A stretch of DNA of 64,000 nt, taken from the NCBI RefSeq assembly GCF_030684315.1, contig NC_081397.1, positions 11,308,421 through 11,372,420 on the forward strand, in the 5' to 3' direction. This document shows positions 1 through 14,300 of this stretch, piece by piece (position 1 is the first letter of the stretch; each line of letters begins with the position of its first letter). This stretch comes from Stegostoma tigrinum. Its lineage: Eukaryota. Position numbers and translations under genes: made by a program. Below the pieces are notes generated by a model. The model did no database searches. It saw only the letters and a program-made list of their open reading frames with translations, and was not told the DNA's origin.

Positions 1-33
1 ACGCTGGTTCAGGGGAGCAGCCAACCTGCAACG

Positions 34-1510
34 ATGGCTGTGGCGAGTGCTTGTGCCCCAGGTCAGGGGGTCCGGAACACCATCCGTGTTTCTATGAAGA
101 AGGTGGATGAAGGTGCACCTGTGGACCGCACCTTCTTCATGAAGATGGTCCTGTTGGACTGTTGTGGGATGCTGCTGCGGACATTTACTGCCTGCAGGGT
201 TTCGCCGGAGGAGGTTTTTACGATGTAACCTTCAGGAGTGCCAAGCTTTGCGAGCGCTTCCTGCAGGTTTTCAAGGAGAATGGAGGTGAGGGCCCCCTCT
301 CTGTACTGACTGCTGTCTCGCTGTTCGTGATGCCGGTGCAGAGGAGCCGTATGGTGACTGTACACATGTACAACCCGCATGTGCCAGCAGTTGATGTGCT
401 GACCTTCCTTGGAAAGTACGTGAAGGTGGAAGGGGACCTCACCAACATCATGGGCCTCTTTGGGATCTGGACCAGGAAGAGGCAGGTCAAGGTGACGCTG
501 AGGACAGGTGTGTGGACGGGAACATCATACACCCACCGTCCAGCTTCGCGATCGGCGGGAGCAAGGGCTACCTGACCTACGCAGGGCAACCTAAAGTCTG
601 CCATGCCTGTGGTAGGTCAGGTCACGTGGCTGCCGACTGCAAGTCCACCATCTGCAGGAACTGCAGGGAGGAGGGACACCTTACAAAGGATTGCCCACAA
701 GAAAAAAGCTGCAACCTTTGTGGGGAAGAGGGGCAGGCACTATAGGGCATGCCTGCGGCGGGGTCCACCTACGCCCAGGTCGCCGGCAGGGGCATTGCAG
801 GGCAAGCCCCCCACTCCCCACCCCCCCGGAGGAGAGGAAGGCACCAGGGCCCTGCAAGGCCCCCCCCCCCACCCCCCTCCAAATGTGCAGGAGGGCCAGG
901 CCGTGCAGGAGGGCCCAGCCCCGCAGGACGGACCCGAGGCCAGCAAAGCGCCCCTGTAGACACCGCCCCACCCCCACCCCGGCCCCGACAACCCGGAGTC
1001 GATGGAGGAGGCGTCAGGTGACCCAGGGATGGGCGACGGTCTGGAAAGCAAGGAGGAGGGCGCGCCTGCAGGCCCAGTCACCGCAACCATCAGGCGGGAA
1101 GAGACAGCTGCAGGGGGGCTATAAGAGCTCCTCTGACGAGGGGGATTCGGAGGCGGCCCGCCCAAAGCAGAAGCTATAGATCTCAAGGGAGAAGGAAAGC
1201 AGCACCCCGCTTCCAGGTGATGGGAGGCGTCCTGAGGCTCTCTCCGACACCCAGCCACGTGCCGCTGGCGCCCTGGAGGGCCCCCTGGAATTTTCAGGTG
1301 GGAAGAAGGAAACAGCATGTCCCCAGCCTGACCCAGAGCCAGACTCTCCTGCCTCCCAACCCCCGCCGGGTGGATGCCACCCAGAAGACAGCACACACGG
1401 ATTCCTGAGCCTGGAGAGCGTCCAGCAGTTATCCCGGGCAATGGGCATGAAGGGACAGATGGATGGGCTGGACCTTGAACTTGGGGAGGGTACTGTGGTC
1501 ACTGCCCACA
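34..1510 (+). pseudogene. Tx1 ORF1 (RNA-binding/zinc-knuckle protein, ZCCHC3-like), frameshifted
   Basis: Consecutive ORF pieces 34-228, 162-575 and 512-745 carry CHACGRSGHVAADC, CRNCREEGHLTKDC and CNLCGEEG knuckles, followed by a Pro-rich low-complexity tail. Confidence 0.8.
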
Positions 1511-4500
1511 ATGGGGGTATGAGTTGCGAGCATTAATGTGCGCAGCGTCAAGTCCACCGCAAGATGTGTGTCCATATTGGCCTACCTGACTACAGTCAAG
1601 GCGGACCTCCTGTTTCTGCAGGACTGTGGGATACCGCACCTCAGCAGGCACGAGGAAATGGTCCAGCGCCTGGACCTGTGGGCCTTCGATCTGGTCGGGT
1701 GGTAACGACTGTCGCTCCTCGGGCCTGGCTATTCTGCTGCAGGGGCGCAACTTCGCCATCTCTCAAGTTCAGGAGGTGATGGGGGGTCGCCACCTCGTGG
1801 TTGATGTCACCGACAGGAACGCTCTCCGGAGGCTGATCAATGTGTACGCCCCAGCGGTACGGAGTGAGCGGTTGGCCGTCCTGCAGCGGCTTCCACCCCT
1901 GCTGGCTACGTCCAGGCCGGTCATCCTAGGCGGAGACTTCAACTGCATCATTGATGCAGATGGGAGATCCGGCGTGGGGACAGCGGGTGGGGGGAGTCAA
2001 CTGGTCGTCATGTCCAGATTCCTGATGGGCACGATGAAGGACACCAATCTGCTCGACGTCTTCTGCACCCCTGCCGACGGAGCCCAGCGGAGATGCACCT
2101 GGTCACGGCCAGACGGGTCTATCCGCTCAAGGATAGGCTTCCTGTTTGTGTCACGGGCGTTCTCGCTCAGCTCCACCGGCGTCGAGCCGGTGTTCTTCTC
2201 TGACCACTGCCTCCTGCTGGCAGACTGTCACTTACAGGATGACCAGCAGGCCGGCAAGGGAACGTGGAAGCTCAACACGACTCTGTTGACCCCAGAGAAT
2301 GTCAAGGAGCTTAAGAGGGAGTACGCCAGTTGGAGAACCGTGAAACCCCTCTTTGAGACTCCGGGCAACTGGTGGGAGACAGTGAAGGAGAACATCAAGA
2401 GGTTCTTTGTCCTCAAGGGTGTTCGGAAGGCGAGAGAGAGGCGGGGAAAGCTGTCGCTACTCCAGAAAAGGGTGCAGAACTTGCTCCTTCTGCAGTCGAT
2501 GGCAGTCGAAGTCACGGAGGACCTCCGAGGTGAGGGGCCAGCAAGTCTCGCTCTTCGCCGCGGAGGCCTCCAGGATAATCTTCCGGTCCAGGGTCTGCTC
2601 CGTGGAGCAGGACGAGACGTGCTCGCATTTCTTCTTTCAGAAGGTGCACCAGGAAAGCTCTGTGCTCAGCCGGCTGAAGGAGGATGATGGCTCGGTGACG
2701 TCGTTCTCGGCCCGACATTTTGAGGATCAGCAGATCCTTCTATGCCGGACTGCACGACGTGAAGCCGACAGACAGCACGGCCTCCAAGTCGTTCCTGTGA
2801 TCTATCACAGAGGCCTTAGACAACGGCACTACGGAGTGGCTGGACCAGCCGATATCCCTGGATGAGCTGACTAGAGTCCTCAATTCCTTGTTGTGGAATA
2901 AGACTCCTGGGAGCAACGGCTTACCGATCGAGCTGTATTCCGCTCTGTGGGACCTGGTCGGCCAGGACCTGCTGGAGGTGTACGATAGTGCGCTTCGGGC
3001 AGGGGAAATGTGCCAGTCCATGATGAAGGGCATCATCACTCTCATTTACAAGAGGAAGGGGGAGAGGGAAGAAATTAAGAATTGGCGTGCCATTTCATTA
3101 TTGAACGTGGACTACAAAATCCTGGCCAAGGTCATAGCCAACCGGGTTAGGTCTGTCCTGGGGTCGGCGATTCACCCTGACCAAACCTGTGCTGTGCCGG
3201 GCAGGAAGATCGCTGAAAGCGTCGCGCTGATCAGGGATATGATCGCCTACGTGCAGGACAGGAGGGTGGACACCTGCCTTGTCAGCCTGGACCAGGAGAA
3301 GGCCTTCGACAGGGTCTCTCATGCTTACATGAGGGACATGCTCTCCAAATTGAGGTTCGGGGAGGGCATCCGCAATTGGATCCGGCTGCTCTACACCAAC
3401 ATCTTTAGCCTAGTCTTGATCAATGGGTGGGAATCAGACGGTTTTCCCGTCAGATCTGGAGTCAGGCAGGGCTGCCCGCTCTCTCCTGCCTTTTTCGTGC
3501 GCAGTATTGGGCCCTTGGCCACATCAGGGAGGACGTGAGCCTGAAGGGCGTGACTATCCCAGGCAGCGGAGGCCTTCAGGTCAAAACCTCCCTGTACATG
3601 GACAATGTCGCCGTCTTCTGCACCGATCTTCGGTCGGTGAGTACGCTGTTGGACATCTGCGGCCAGTTTGAACTGGCCTCGGGTGCCAAAGTCAATAGGG
3701 GTAAGAGCGTGGCCATGTTCTTCCGGAACTGGACAACCGCTCCTTCGTCCCCTTCACCGTCAGGACAGACTACTTGAAGGTGCTGGGTGTTTGGTTCGGT
3801 GGAGGTGAGGTGTGCACTAAGACTTGGGAGGAGCATATCACCAAACTGAAGCAGAAGCTGGACAGGTGGACGCTCCGGTCCCCCTCCATCGCGGGTAAGA
3901 ACCTGTTTGTCAGGTGTGAGGGGCTTTCGGTACTGTTCTATGTGGCGCAGGCCTGGCCTATTCTCTGGACCTGCGCCGCTGCAGTCACCCGGGCCATCTT
4001 CCACTTCATTTGGGGGTCAAGGCTGGATGGACCAGGTCCGCAGGGACACCATGTACAAAGACCTGGAAAACAGGGGAAAGGGTGTACCGAACGCCACCCT
4101 TGCCCTGATGGCTACCTTTGTGTGTGGCTGCATCAAGCTGTGCGTAGATCCTCAGTACGCAAACACCAAGTGTCACTGCATACCAAGGTTCTACCTGTCC
4201 CCTGTGTTGCGATGGATGGGCCTGGCTTCGTTGCCGCAGAACGCTCTGCGTAGTTGGACCGTCCCGTACCACCTGTCCTTCGTGGAGAAATTTTTGAAAC
4301 ACCTTTGACCACAAGGCCGCCAGGCAGTGGTCAGCACGTAATATCCTCGAGACCCTTCGGGAAAAGGAGAATGTGGATCCCGTCGTGTCGTTGCCCACGC
4401 AGACTGCCAAAGTCGTTCAGCAGAATGCGTCATCACCAGAATTTTCAAACAAGCACAAGGACATTGCTTGGCTGGCGGTGAGAGGGGCTCTGCCGTGCAG
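1511..4500 (+). pseudogene. Tx1 ORF2 (APE endonuclease + reverse transcriptase), disrupted
   Basis: ATG at 1511 with an early TGA. Motifs INVYAP, LGGDFN, SDH, GTWKLN, WRAISLLNVDYKILAK, SLDQEKAFDRV and GVRQGCPLSP are present; the catalytic YMDD reads YMDN. Confidence 0.88.
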
Positions 4501-5330
4501 GACCTTGTCAAAGGCCTTACTAAAGTCCATACTGAGTACATCCACTGCCCTCCACTTGGTTCCCTCTTTGAAAAGCTCAAAAATTTGTCAGATGTGCCTT
4601 CCCGCACACAAATCCGTGATGACTATCCATAATCATACCTTGACTGTGTTCATTGATCCTGTCAATCGGTATCCTCTCCAATAACTTGCTTACTGCTGAT
4701 GTTAGGCTCACTGGCTGGAAGTTCCCTGGCTTGTCTTAGCTCCATCTCTTAAACAATGGAAAACATTAGCCACCCTCCAGTATCCAGAACTTCACCAGTG
4801 GCTAAAAATGAGGCTAAAATCTCAGCAAGGGAAGGGCCTCTGCAATTTCTTTCTGAGCTTCCCACAAAATCTGAGGATGGACTTTATCAGGCCTTGGGAA
4901 TTCATCCATCTTAAATATGATCTAAGGCTGCAAACACTCACTCTCTGGTCATATATGTGCGGTACAAAATATCTCCACTTCCTTCCCTTATTTCCTCAGT
5001 ATCCATGATTCTCTCCTCAGCAAACACTGAGGAGAAATATTCGTTAAAAATCCTCCCCTTCTGCTGTGGCTTCACACATGGACTACCAACCTGATCTTTA
5101 AGGGGACCTCCTTTCCCCAGCCAAGCTTTTAGTCTTAATATAGCCATGGAGCTCTATAACCTTTTCTGCCAGATCCATTTCATGCCATCTTTTGCTCTTC
5201 TGATTTCCCTCTGATGTGTGCTTCTCCACTCTTTATAGTTATCTAGAGATTCACTTGAGCCTGATAGTTTAAACCCAATGTATGCCTTCTTCCCTTTCCT
5301 AACCGGATCCTCAATGTCCCTTGATATTTC
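4500..5330 (-). mobile_element. old CR1 LINE fragment
   Basis: Reverse strand encodes DFSKAFDKV-like and NEYFSSVF motifs. Confidence 0.65.
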
Positions 5331-5334
5331 AGCT

Positions 5335-6540
5335 CATCTGCCTCTATCATTTCTGTTGTCTGAAAGTGTGACATTATTAGTCTGTTCCTTTCAATCTGTG
5401 CTCTGTGAAAGTGTGGGTGTAGTTCTCAATCCATGCCTGACAGTTTCTCCAAGAAAATGCATGAGTGTTGTTACTTGTACCTAAATGTCCATTCGGTGGT
5501 ATCAATATAAGAGTGCAGGCAGTACTCTGGACCTGCCAATTTCTGCTCTGTCAATACGTGAGTTTAGTTTCCGTTCGGCAGATGTGAGAATGTAGTTATC
5601 ACACTGTACCTGGGAGACTTTGTTCTGTGACTATTTGAGTTCAGGTGTCACGCAGTACCTGCCAGTTTTTCTAGTTTGTGAAAACGAGAGTGTGGTTTTA
5701 AATCTGTGACTGTCAGTTTCTCCTAAGTCAGTTTGTTTGTACAATTATCAGCACATTCCTGAAAGATTCTGCTGCATGAACGCGTAATTGTAGTTATCAT
5801 TCTGTCCATATCTGTCTTTGCCTCGTGAATGTGTGAGTGTATGTGCTATTTTTTCCCCATCAGTCTCCTGTCACGTGAAAATGGGTGTTTTGTTATCAAT
5901 TTGTTTATTTTCATATGTGCTCTGCGAATGTTTGGCAGCAGTCATCACTCTGTATCTGTCAGGTTCTGCTTGATGAATAAATTTTAAGTCTATCCATGAG
6001 TTTCTGTTATAAGAATGTGAGAGTTTAGTTGTCACTCTATTTCTGCCAGGGTCTGCGATGTGAATGTCTGAATGCTTTTATCAGTTCTTTCCCTGTCAGT
6101 TTCTGTGACTGTGGATGCGAGAGTGTGGTTGTCAATTTGTACCTGCCATTTTCTGGTATGTGATTATGAGAGTTTGAATATTAAACAGTGCTGGTCAGCT
6201 TCTGATGTGTCAACATCTGAGTGCAGTTATCAATCTGTTCCTGACAGTTTCTGCTATGCAATAGGTGGGATTGAAGCGATCTGTTTGTCATTGTCAGTAT
6301 TTACAGTGTGAATGTATGAGTGTAGTTATCTATCTGTACATGTTAGATGCAGCTGACAAGATAATGTGAATGCAGTTTCCAATCTATGCCAGTCAGTTTC
6401 TGCTATGTTAAAATATGAGTTTAGTTATCAATCTGTGCCTGTGAGTTCCTGTTCTGTGAATGTATGACTGTAATTATCAGTCTCTTGCTCAAAGATTCCT
6501 CAATGTGAAGATGTGAGTTTAGTTATCGATCTGTACACTG
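5335..6540 (+). repeat. degenerate ~47-49 bp tandem repeat array
   Basis: Recurring unit close to AGTTATCAATCTGTACCTGTCAGTTTCTGCTGTGTGAATGTGAGAGTGT. Confidence 0.8.
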
Positions 6541-7690
6541 GACCTGAAATGTTAACTCTATTTTCTCCCTCACAGATGCTGCCAGACCTGCTGAGCTTTT
6601 CCAGCAGCTTGGTTTTTGTTCCCGATTTACAGCATCCGCAAATAACAAGGTGTGGGGCTGGATGAACACAGCAGGCCAAGCAGCATCTTAGGAGCATGAA
6701 AGCTGACATCTCGGGCCTAGACCCTTCATCAGAAAAAGGGGGAGAGGGAGAAGGATTCTGAAAGAGATAGGGAGACAGTGGGGGAGGTGGACTGAAGATG
6801 GACAGAGGAGAAGATAGGTGGAGAGGAGAGTATGGGTGGGGAGGTAGGGAGGGGATAGGTCAGTCTGAGGAGGACGGACATGTCAAGGGGGCGGGATGAG
6901 GTTAGGAGGTAGGAAATGGAGGTTCGGCATGAGGTAGGAGGAGGGAATAGGTGAGAGGAAGAACAGGTTCGGCAGGCGGGGATGAGCTGGGCTGGTTTGG
7001 GATATAGTGGGGGGGAGGGGAGATTTTGCAGCTGGTGAAATCCACATTGATACCATTAGGCTGCAGGGTTCCCAAGCGGAGTATGAGTTGCTGTTCCTGC
7101 AACCTACGCATCGTTATGGCACTGCAGGATGCCCAGGATGGACGTGTTGTCTAAGGATTGGGATGGGGAGTTGAAATGGTTTGCGACTGGGAGGTCCAGT
7201 TGTTATTGGCAAACCGAGTGTAGGTGTTCTGCAAAGCGGCCCCCAAGCCTCCGCTTGGTTTCCCCAATGTGGAGGTAGCCACAACGGGTACAGCGGATGC
7301 AGTATACCACATTGACGGATGGGCAGGTGAACATCTGCTTGATGCGGAAGGTCATCTTGGGGCCTGTGATGCGGGTGAGGGAGGATGTGTGGGGGCAAGT
7401 GCAGCACTTCCTGCGGTTGCAGGGGAAAGCGCCAGGTCTGGTGGGGTTGGAGGAGAGTGTGGAGCAGACAAGGGAGTCGCGGAGAGTGGTCTCTCCGGAT
7501 GGCAGACAAGGGTGGGGAAGGAAAAATGTCTTTGGTGGTGGGGTCGAATCGTAGATGGTGCAAGTGTCAGTGGATGATGTATTGTATCCAGACGTTGGTG
7601 GGGTGGTAAGTGAGGACGAAGGGGGATTCTCTTTTGGCAGTTATTGCGAGGGCAGGGTGAGGGTATGAGGTCATTCTCGACCACTGGGGG
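6540..7690 (-). mobile_element. Penelope-like element 3' part (GIY-YIG) with terminal repeat, plus a short terminus of a second Penelope family (6540-6640)
   Basis: Minus strand encodes FPCNRRKCxTCPH and IGETKRRLGDRFAEH-like segments and RRLQEQQLILRLGTLQPNG; terminus reads CTGATGAAGGGTCTAGGCCCGA. Confidence 0.85.
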
Positions 7691-7729
7691 GGGAGCATCC
7701 TTAGTTCTTTCCATTTTTATTTTGTCCAT

Positions 7730-8160
7730 TTAAGCTGTGTGAAACGGAGAGTGAGGGTATCTAAATGGGCCTTTCAGTTTCTGCTTTGTGAATGTCTGAG
7801 AGCAGATTTACTTTGCAGCTGTCAGTTTCTGCTCTGTGAATGTGAGAGTGTATGTTGTCAACCTCGTCCTCACAATTTGTGCTGCGTGAATGAATGCAGT
7901 TATCTGTCTGTCTCTGCCACTTTCTGTTGTGTCAATGTGAGAGTGCAGGAATCAATCTGTACCACTCAGTTAATGCAATTGGAATGAGAGAGTGTAGGGA
8001 TCACCCTATACATGTCAGTGTTATCATCAACCTGTTCCTGTCAGTTTCTGCTCTCTGGGTACCTGAGTATAGATGTCATTCTCTTTCAGTCAGTTTCTAT
8101 TCAGTGAATATGTGTCTGAAATTATCAGTCTATCCACGACACTGTTTTGCTGTGTGAATG
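7730..8160 (+). repeat. degenerate ~47-49 bp tandem repeat array
   Basis: Same GTCAGTTTCTGCT..GTGAATGTG..AGTTATC units. Confidence 0.75.
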
Positions 8161-8162
8161 TT

Positions 8163-11100
8163 TAGACAATAGACGAGAGGTGCAGGAGTAGGCCATTCGG
8201 CCCTTCAAGCTAATACCACCATTCATTATGATCATGGCTGATCATCCACAATCAGTATGCTGTTCCTGCCTTATCCCCATAATCCTTAATTCCACTATCT
8301 TTTAGAGCTCTATCTGTCCCTTTCATGAAACTATCCAGAGACTTGGCCTCCACTGCCTTCTGGGGCAGAGCATTCCATACATCCACCACTTTCTGGGTGA
8401 AGACATTTCTCCTCAACTCTGTTCTAAATGGCCTACCTCTTATTTTTAAACTGTGTCCTCTGGTTCTGGACTCCCCCATCAACGGAAACATGTTTCCTGC
8501 CTCCAGAGTGTCCAAACCCTTAATAATTTTTTACATCTCACTCAGATTCCCTCTCATCCTCCTAAACTCAAGTGTACACAAGCCCAGTCACTCCAATCTT
8601 TCAACATATGATAGTCCTGCCATTCTGGGAATTAACCTTGTGAACCTATGCTGCACTCCCTCAATCGCCAGAATGTCTTTCCTCAAATTTGGAGACCAAA
8701 ACTGCACACAATACTCCAGGTGCAGTCTCACCAGGGCCCTGTACAGCTGCAGAAGGACCTCTTTGCTTCTATACTCAATTCCCCTTGTTATGAATGCCAG
8801 CATGCTATTAGTTTTCTTCAATGCCTGCTGCACCTGCATGCTTGCTTTCATTGACTGATGTACAAGAACACCCAGATCTCGTTGAACTTCCCCTTTACCG
8901 AACTTGACTCCATTTAGATCGTAATCTGCCTTTCTGTTCTTGCCACCAAAGTGGATAACCACACATTTATCCACATAAAACTGCATTTGCCATGCATCCG
9001 TCCACTCACCTCGCCTGTCCAAGTCACCTGTATTCTCATAACATCTTCCTCACATTTCATCCTGCCACCCAGCTTTGTGTCATCAGCAAATTTGCTAATA
9101 TTACTTTTAATGCCTTCATCTGTATCATTAATGTATATTGTAAAAAGCTGCGGTCCCAGCACCGAACCTTGTGGAACGCCGCTGGTCACTGCCTGTCATT
9201 CCGAAAGGGACACGTTTATCACTACTCTTTGCTTCCTGTCAGCCAGCCAATTTTCAATCCAAGCCAGTATTTTGCCCCCAATACCATGTGCCCTAATTCT
9301 GCTCACTAATCTCCTGTGTGGGACTTTATCAAAGGCCTTCTGAAAGAGCAGGTACACTACATCCACTGGCTCTCCCTTGTCCATCTTCATAGTTATATCC
9401 TCAAAAAAGTCCAGAAGATTAGTCAAGCATGATTTCCCCCTTTGTAAATCCATGCTGACTCTGCCCTGTCCTGTTACTGCTATCCAAATAATTCGTAATT
9501 TCTTCCTTAATAATTGACGTCAGCATCTTTCCCACCACTGACTTCAGGCTAACGGTCTATAATTCCCTATTTTCTCTTTCCCTCCTTTCTTGAAAAGTGG
9601 GACAACATTAGCCACCCTCCAATCCGCAGGAACTGATCCTGAATCTATAGAATATTAGAAAATAATTACCAATGCGTCCACGATTTGTGGAGCCACCACC
9701 TTAAGTACCCTGGGACGCAGACCATCAGGTCCCGGGGACTTATCAGCCTTCAGACCTAACAATATATCCAACACCATTTCCTGCCTAATATAAATTCCCT
9801 TCAGTTCATCCATTACCTTAGGTCCTTCAGCCACTATAACATCTGGGAGATTCGATCTGTCTTCGCTAGGAAAGACACAAGGAAAGTACCTACACAACTT
9901 CTGCCATTTCCTTGTTCCCCATAATAAATACACCCGTTTCTGACTTCAAGGGCCCAATTTAAGTCTGAACCATTTTTTTTTTCTTTTCACATTCCTAAAA
10001 AAACATTTACTATCCTCTGTAATAAGATAATAAAATGTGAGGCTGGATAAACACAGCAGGCCAAGCAGCATCTCAGGAGCACAAAAGCTGACGTTTCGGG
10101 CCTAGACCCTTCATCAGAGAGGGGGATGGGGTGAGAGTTCTGGAATAAATAGGGAGAGAGGGGGAGGCGGACCGAAGATGGAGAGAAAAGAAGATAGGTG
10201 GAGAGAGTATAGGTGGGGAGGTAGGGAGGGGATAGGTCAGTCCAGGGAAGATGGACAAGTCAAGGAGGTGGGATGAGGTTAGTAGGTAGACGGGGGTGCA
10301 GCTTGGGGTGGGAGGAAGGGATGGGTGAGAGGAAGAACAGGTTAGGGAGGCGGAGACTGGTTGGACTGGTTTTGGGATGCAGTGGGGGGAGGGGACGAAC
10401 TGGGCTGGTTTGGGGATGCAGTGGGGGAAGGGAAGATTTTGAAACTAGTGAAGTCCACAATGATACCATCAGGCTGCAGGGTTCCCAGGCGGAATATGAG
10501 TTGCTGTTCCTGCAACCTTCGGGTGGCATCATTGTGGCACTGCAGGAGGCCCATGATGGACATGTCATCTAAAGAATGGGAGGGGGATTGGAAATGGTTT
10601 GCGACTGGGAGGTGCAGTTGTTTGTTGCGACCTGAGCGGAGGTGTTCTGCAAAGCGGTCCCCAAGCCTCCGCTTGGTTTCCCCAATGTAGAGGAAGCCAC
10701 ACCGGGTACAGTGGATGCAGTATACCACATTGGCAGATGTCCTTTACTATCCTCTTATATTTTTGGCCAGTGTGCCTTCGTACCTCATTTTTTTCTCCAT
10801 GTATTGCCTTTTTAGTTACCCTCTGTTGGTGTTTAAAACTGTCCCAGTCCTTCGGCTTCCCGCTCATCTTTGCTATGTTATACTACTTCTTTTTTATCTT
10901 TATACAGTCTTTAGCTTCCCTTGTCAGCCACGGCCGGCCCTGCCTCCCCATAGGATCTTTCTTCCTCTTTGGAATGAACGGATCCTGCACGTTCTGCATT
11001 ATATCCAGAAATACCTGCCATTGTTGTTCCACTGCCATCCCTGCGAGGGTATTGAACCATTGAACTTTGGCCAGCTCCTCCCTCATAGCTCCATAGTTCC

Positions 11101-11320
11101 CTTTGTTCAATGCCAATACTGACACTTCCGATTCTCCCTTCTCCCTCTCAAATTGCAGATTAAAACTTATCATATTATGGTCACTACTTCCTCATGGCTC
11201 CTCTACTTTGAAGTCCCTCATCAAATCTGGTTCATTGCACAACACCAGACCCAGAATTGCCTTCTCCCTGGTAGGTTCCAGTACCAGCTGTTCCAAGAAT
11301 CCATCTCGGAGGCACTCCAC
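8163..11320 (-). mobile_element. CR1 LINE (ORF2 APE-RT, decayed), interrupted by a Penelope insertion
   Basis: [39 protein letters not shown] and HLEYCVQFWSP motifs; CR1 3' tail near 8163-8230. Confidence 0.9.
10019..10742 (-). mobile_element. Penelope-like element, 5' truncated, with 13-bp TSD
   Basis: VYCIHCTRCGFLYIGETKRRLGDRFAEHL (GIY-YIG). TTTACTATCCTCT is duplicated at 10006-10018 and 10743-10755. Intact hammerhead-like core at 10090-10117 (-). Confidence 0.9.
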
Positions 11321-11389
11321 ATCAATCTGTATCTGTCAGTTTCAGTTACAAGAGTCTTGACAGTGCAGTTATTACAGTTTTTAATACAT

Positions 11390-14300
11390 ACTGATCAGGT
11401 ACTCAACTACAACAGCAATCACGCCAATCCCCACTAATGGAGCTGCATCAAAACACTGTTCAAGTGAGCCATAACACACTGCAGCATCCAGAGCTGCGTA
11501 AAGCCGAGGAAACACATTGGCACCAATGACATAGGTAGGAAGAGAGATGGGGATTTAAGGCAGAAATTCAGGGAGCTAGGATGGAAGCTGAGAGCTAGGA
11601 CGAACAGAGTTGTTGTGTCTGGTTTGCTGCCCGTGCCACGTGCTAGTGAGGCGAGGAATAGGGAGAGAGAGGAGTTGAACACGTGGCTACAGGGATGGTG
11701 CAGGAGGGTGGGTTTTGGATTCTTGGATAATTGGGGCTCTTTCTGGGGTAGGTGGGACCTCTACAAGGAAGATGGTCTTCACCTGAACCAGAGGGGTACC
11801 AATCTCCTGGGGGCAAAATTTGCTCAGCCTATTCGGGTGGGTTTAAACTAATTCAGCAGGGGGATGGGAACCAAAATTGTAGTTTGAGGATAGAAAAGTT
11901 TGAGAGTAGGGAGGTCAGAAATAAAGTTTTAGGGATGCAAGATGACGCCGGCAAGCAAGAAGTTGCATTGAAGTGTGTCTACTTCAACGCCAGGAGCGTC
12001 CGGAATAAGGTGGGTGAACTTGCAGCATAGGTTAGTACCTGGGACTTCAATGTTGTGGCCATTTCAGAGACATGGATAGAGCAGGGACAGGAATGGCTGT
12101 TGCAGGTTCCGGGATTTAGATGTTTCAGTAAGAACAGAGAAGATGGTAAAATGAGGGAGGTGTGGCATTGTTGGTCAAGGGCAGTATTACAGTTGCAGAA
12201 AGCATGTTTGGGGACTGAGGTACTATGGGCTGAGGTTAGAAACAGGAAAGGAGAGGTCACCCTGTTGGGAGTTTCCTATAGGCCTCCGAATAGTTCCAGA
12301 GATGTAGAGGAAAGGATAGCAAAGATGATTCTCGATAGGAGTGAGAGAGACTGGGTCGTTGTCATGGGGGACTTCAACTTTCCAAATATTGACTGGGAAC
12401 ACTATAGTTCAAGTACTATAGATGGGTCAGTTTTTGTCCAGTTTGTGCAGGAGGGCTTCCTGACACAGTATGTAGATAGGCCAACAAGGGGCGAAGCCAC
12501 ATTAGATTTGGTACTGGGCAAGAGCACGACCAGGTGTTGGATTTGGAAGTAGGTGAGCACTTCAGTGATAGCGATCACAATTCTGTTATGTTTACTTTAG
12601 TGATGGAAAAGGATAAGTGTATACCACTGGGCAAGAGTTATAGCTGGGGGAAAGGCAATTACGAAGAGATTAGGCAAGATTTAGGGAGCATAGGATGGGG
12701 AAGGAAACTGCAGGGGATGGGCACATTAGAAATGTGGAGTTTATTCAAGGAAAACCTCCTGTGTGTCCTACTAAGTATGTACCTGTCAGGCAGGGAGGAA
12801 GCTGTACGGCGCGGGAGCCGTGGTTTACGAAGGAGGTGGAATCTCTGGTAAAGAGGAAGAAGAAGACTTATGTTAGGATAAGATGTGAAGGCTCAGTTAG
12901 AGTGCTTGAGGGCTACGGGGTAGCCAGGAAAGACCTAAAGAGAGAGCTCAGAAGAGCCAGGAGGAGACATGAGAAGTTGTTGGCGGATAGGATCAGGGTA
13001 AACCCTAAGGCTTTCTATAGGTATTTAAGGAATAAAAGAATGACAAAAGTAAGATGAGGGCCAATCAAGGACAGTAGTGGTAGATTGTGTGTGGAGTCAG
13101 AGGAGATAGGGGAAGCACTAAATGAATATTTTTCAACAGTATTCACCCCTGAAAACAGCAATGTTGTCGAGGAGAATACTGAGATACAGGCTATTAGACT
13201 GGGTGGGATTGAGGTTCACAAGGAAGAGGTATTAGAAATCCTACAGAGGGTGACGATAGATAAGTCCTCTGGGCCGGATGGCATTTATCTGAGGATACTC
13301 TGGGAAGCCAGGGAGGAGATTGCCGAGCCTTTAACGTTGATCTTTAACTCATCATTGTCTGCAGGAATAGTGCCAGATGACTGGAGGATAGCAAATATGA
13401 TTCCCCTGTTCAAGAAGGGGAGTAGAGACAACCCTGATAATTATAGATCAGTGAGCCTTACCTCAGGTATTGGCAACGTGTTAGAAAGATTATAAGGGAT
13501 AGGATTTATAATCATCTAGAAAAGAATAAATTGATTAGGGATAGTCAGCACGGTTTTGTGAAGGGAAAGGCGTGCCTCACAAATCTTATTGAGTTCTTTG
13601 AGAAGGTGACCAAACAGGTAGATGAGAGTAAACCTGTTGATGTGTTGGATTTCAGCAAGGCATTCGATAAGTTTCCCCACAGTAGGCTATTGTACAAAAT
13701 GCGGAGGAATGGATTTGTGGGAGATATAGCATTTTGGATCAGAAATTGGCTTGCTGAAAGAAGACAGAGGGTGGTAGTTGATGGGAAATGTTCATCCTGG
13801 ACAGCAGTTACTAGAGGTGTACCGCAAGGGTCGGTGTTGGGTCCACTGCTGTTTGTCATTTTTATAAATGACCTGGATGAGGGCGTAGAAGGATGTGTTA
13901 GTAAATTTGCGGACGACACCAAGGTCGGTGGAGTTGTAGATAGTGACAAAGGATGCTGTAGGTTGCAGTGAGACATAGATAAGCTGCAGAGCGGGGCTGA
14001 GAGGTGGCAAATGGAGTTTAATGCAGACAAGTGTGAGGTGATGCACTTTGGTAGGAGTAACCAGAAGGCAAAGTACTGGGGTAAGATTCTTGGTAGTGCC
14101 AATGAGCAGAGCGATCTCGGTGTCCACGTACACAGATCCTTGAAAGTTGCCACTCAGGTTGGCAGGGCTGTTAAGAAGGCATACAGTGTTTTAGCTTTTA
14201 CTAATAGAGGGATCGAGTTCTGGAACGAAGAGGTTATGCTGCAGCTGCACAAAACTCTGGTGCAGCCGCACTTGGAGTACTGCGTACAGTTCTGGTCACC

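Larger units (their letters stand above)
1..4500 (+). mobile_element. Tx1-clade (L1-like) non-LTR retrotransposon, decayed, 3' truncated
   Basis: GC-rich two-ORF layout: Gag-like ORF1 with CCHC knuckles, then ORF2 with APE endonuclease and RT, both frameshifted. Ends abruptly at an antisense CR1 fragment near 4500. Confidence 0.9.
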
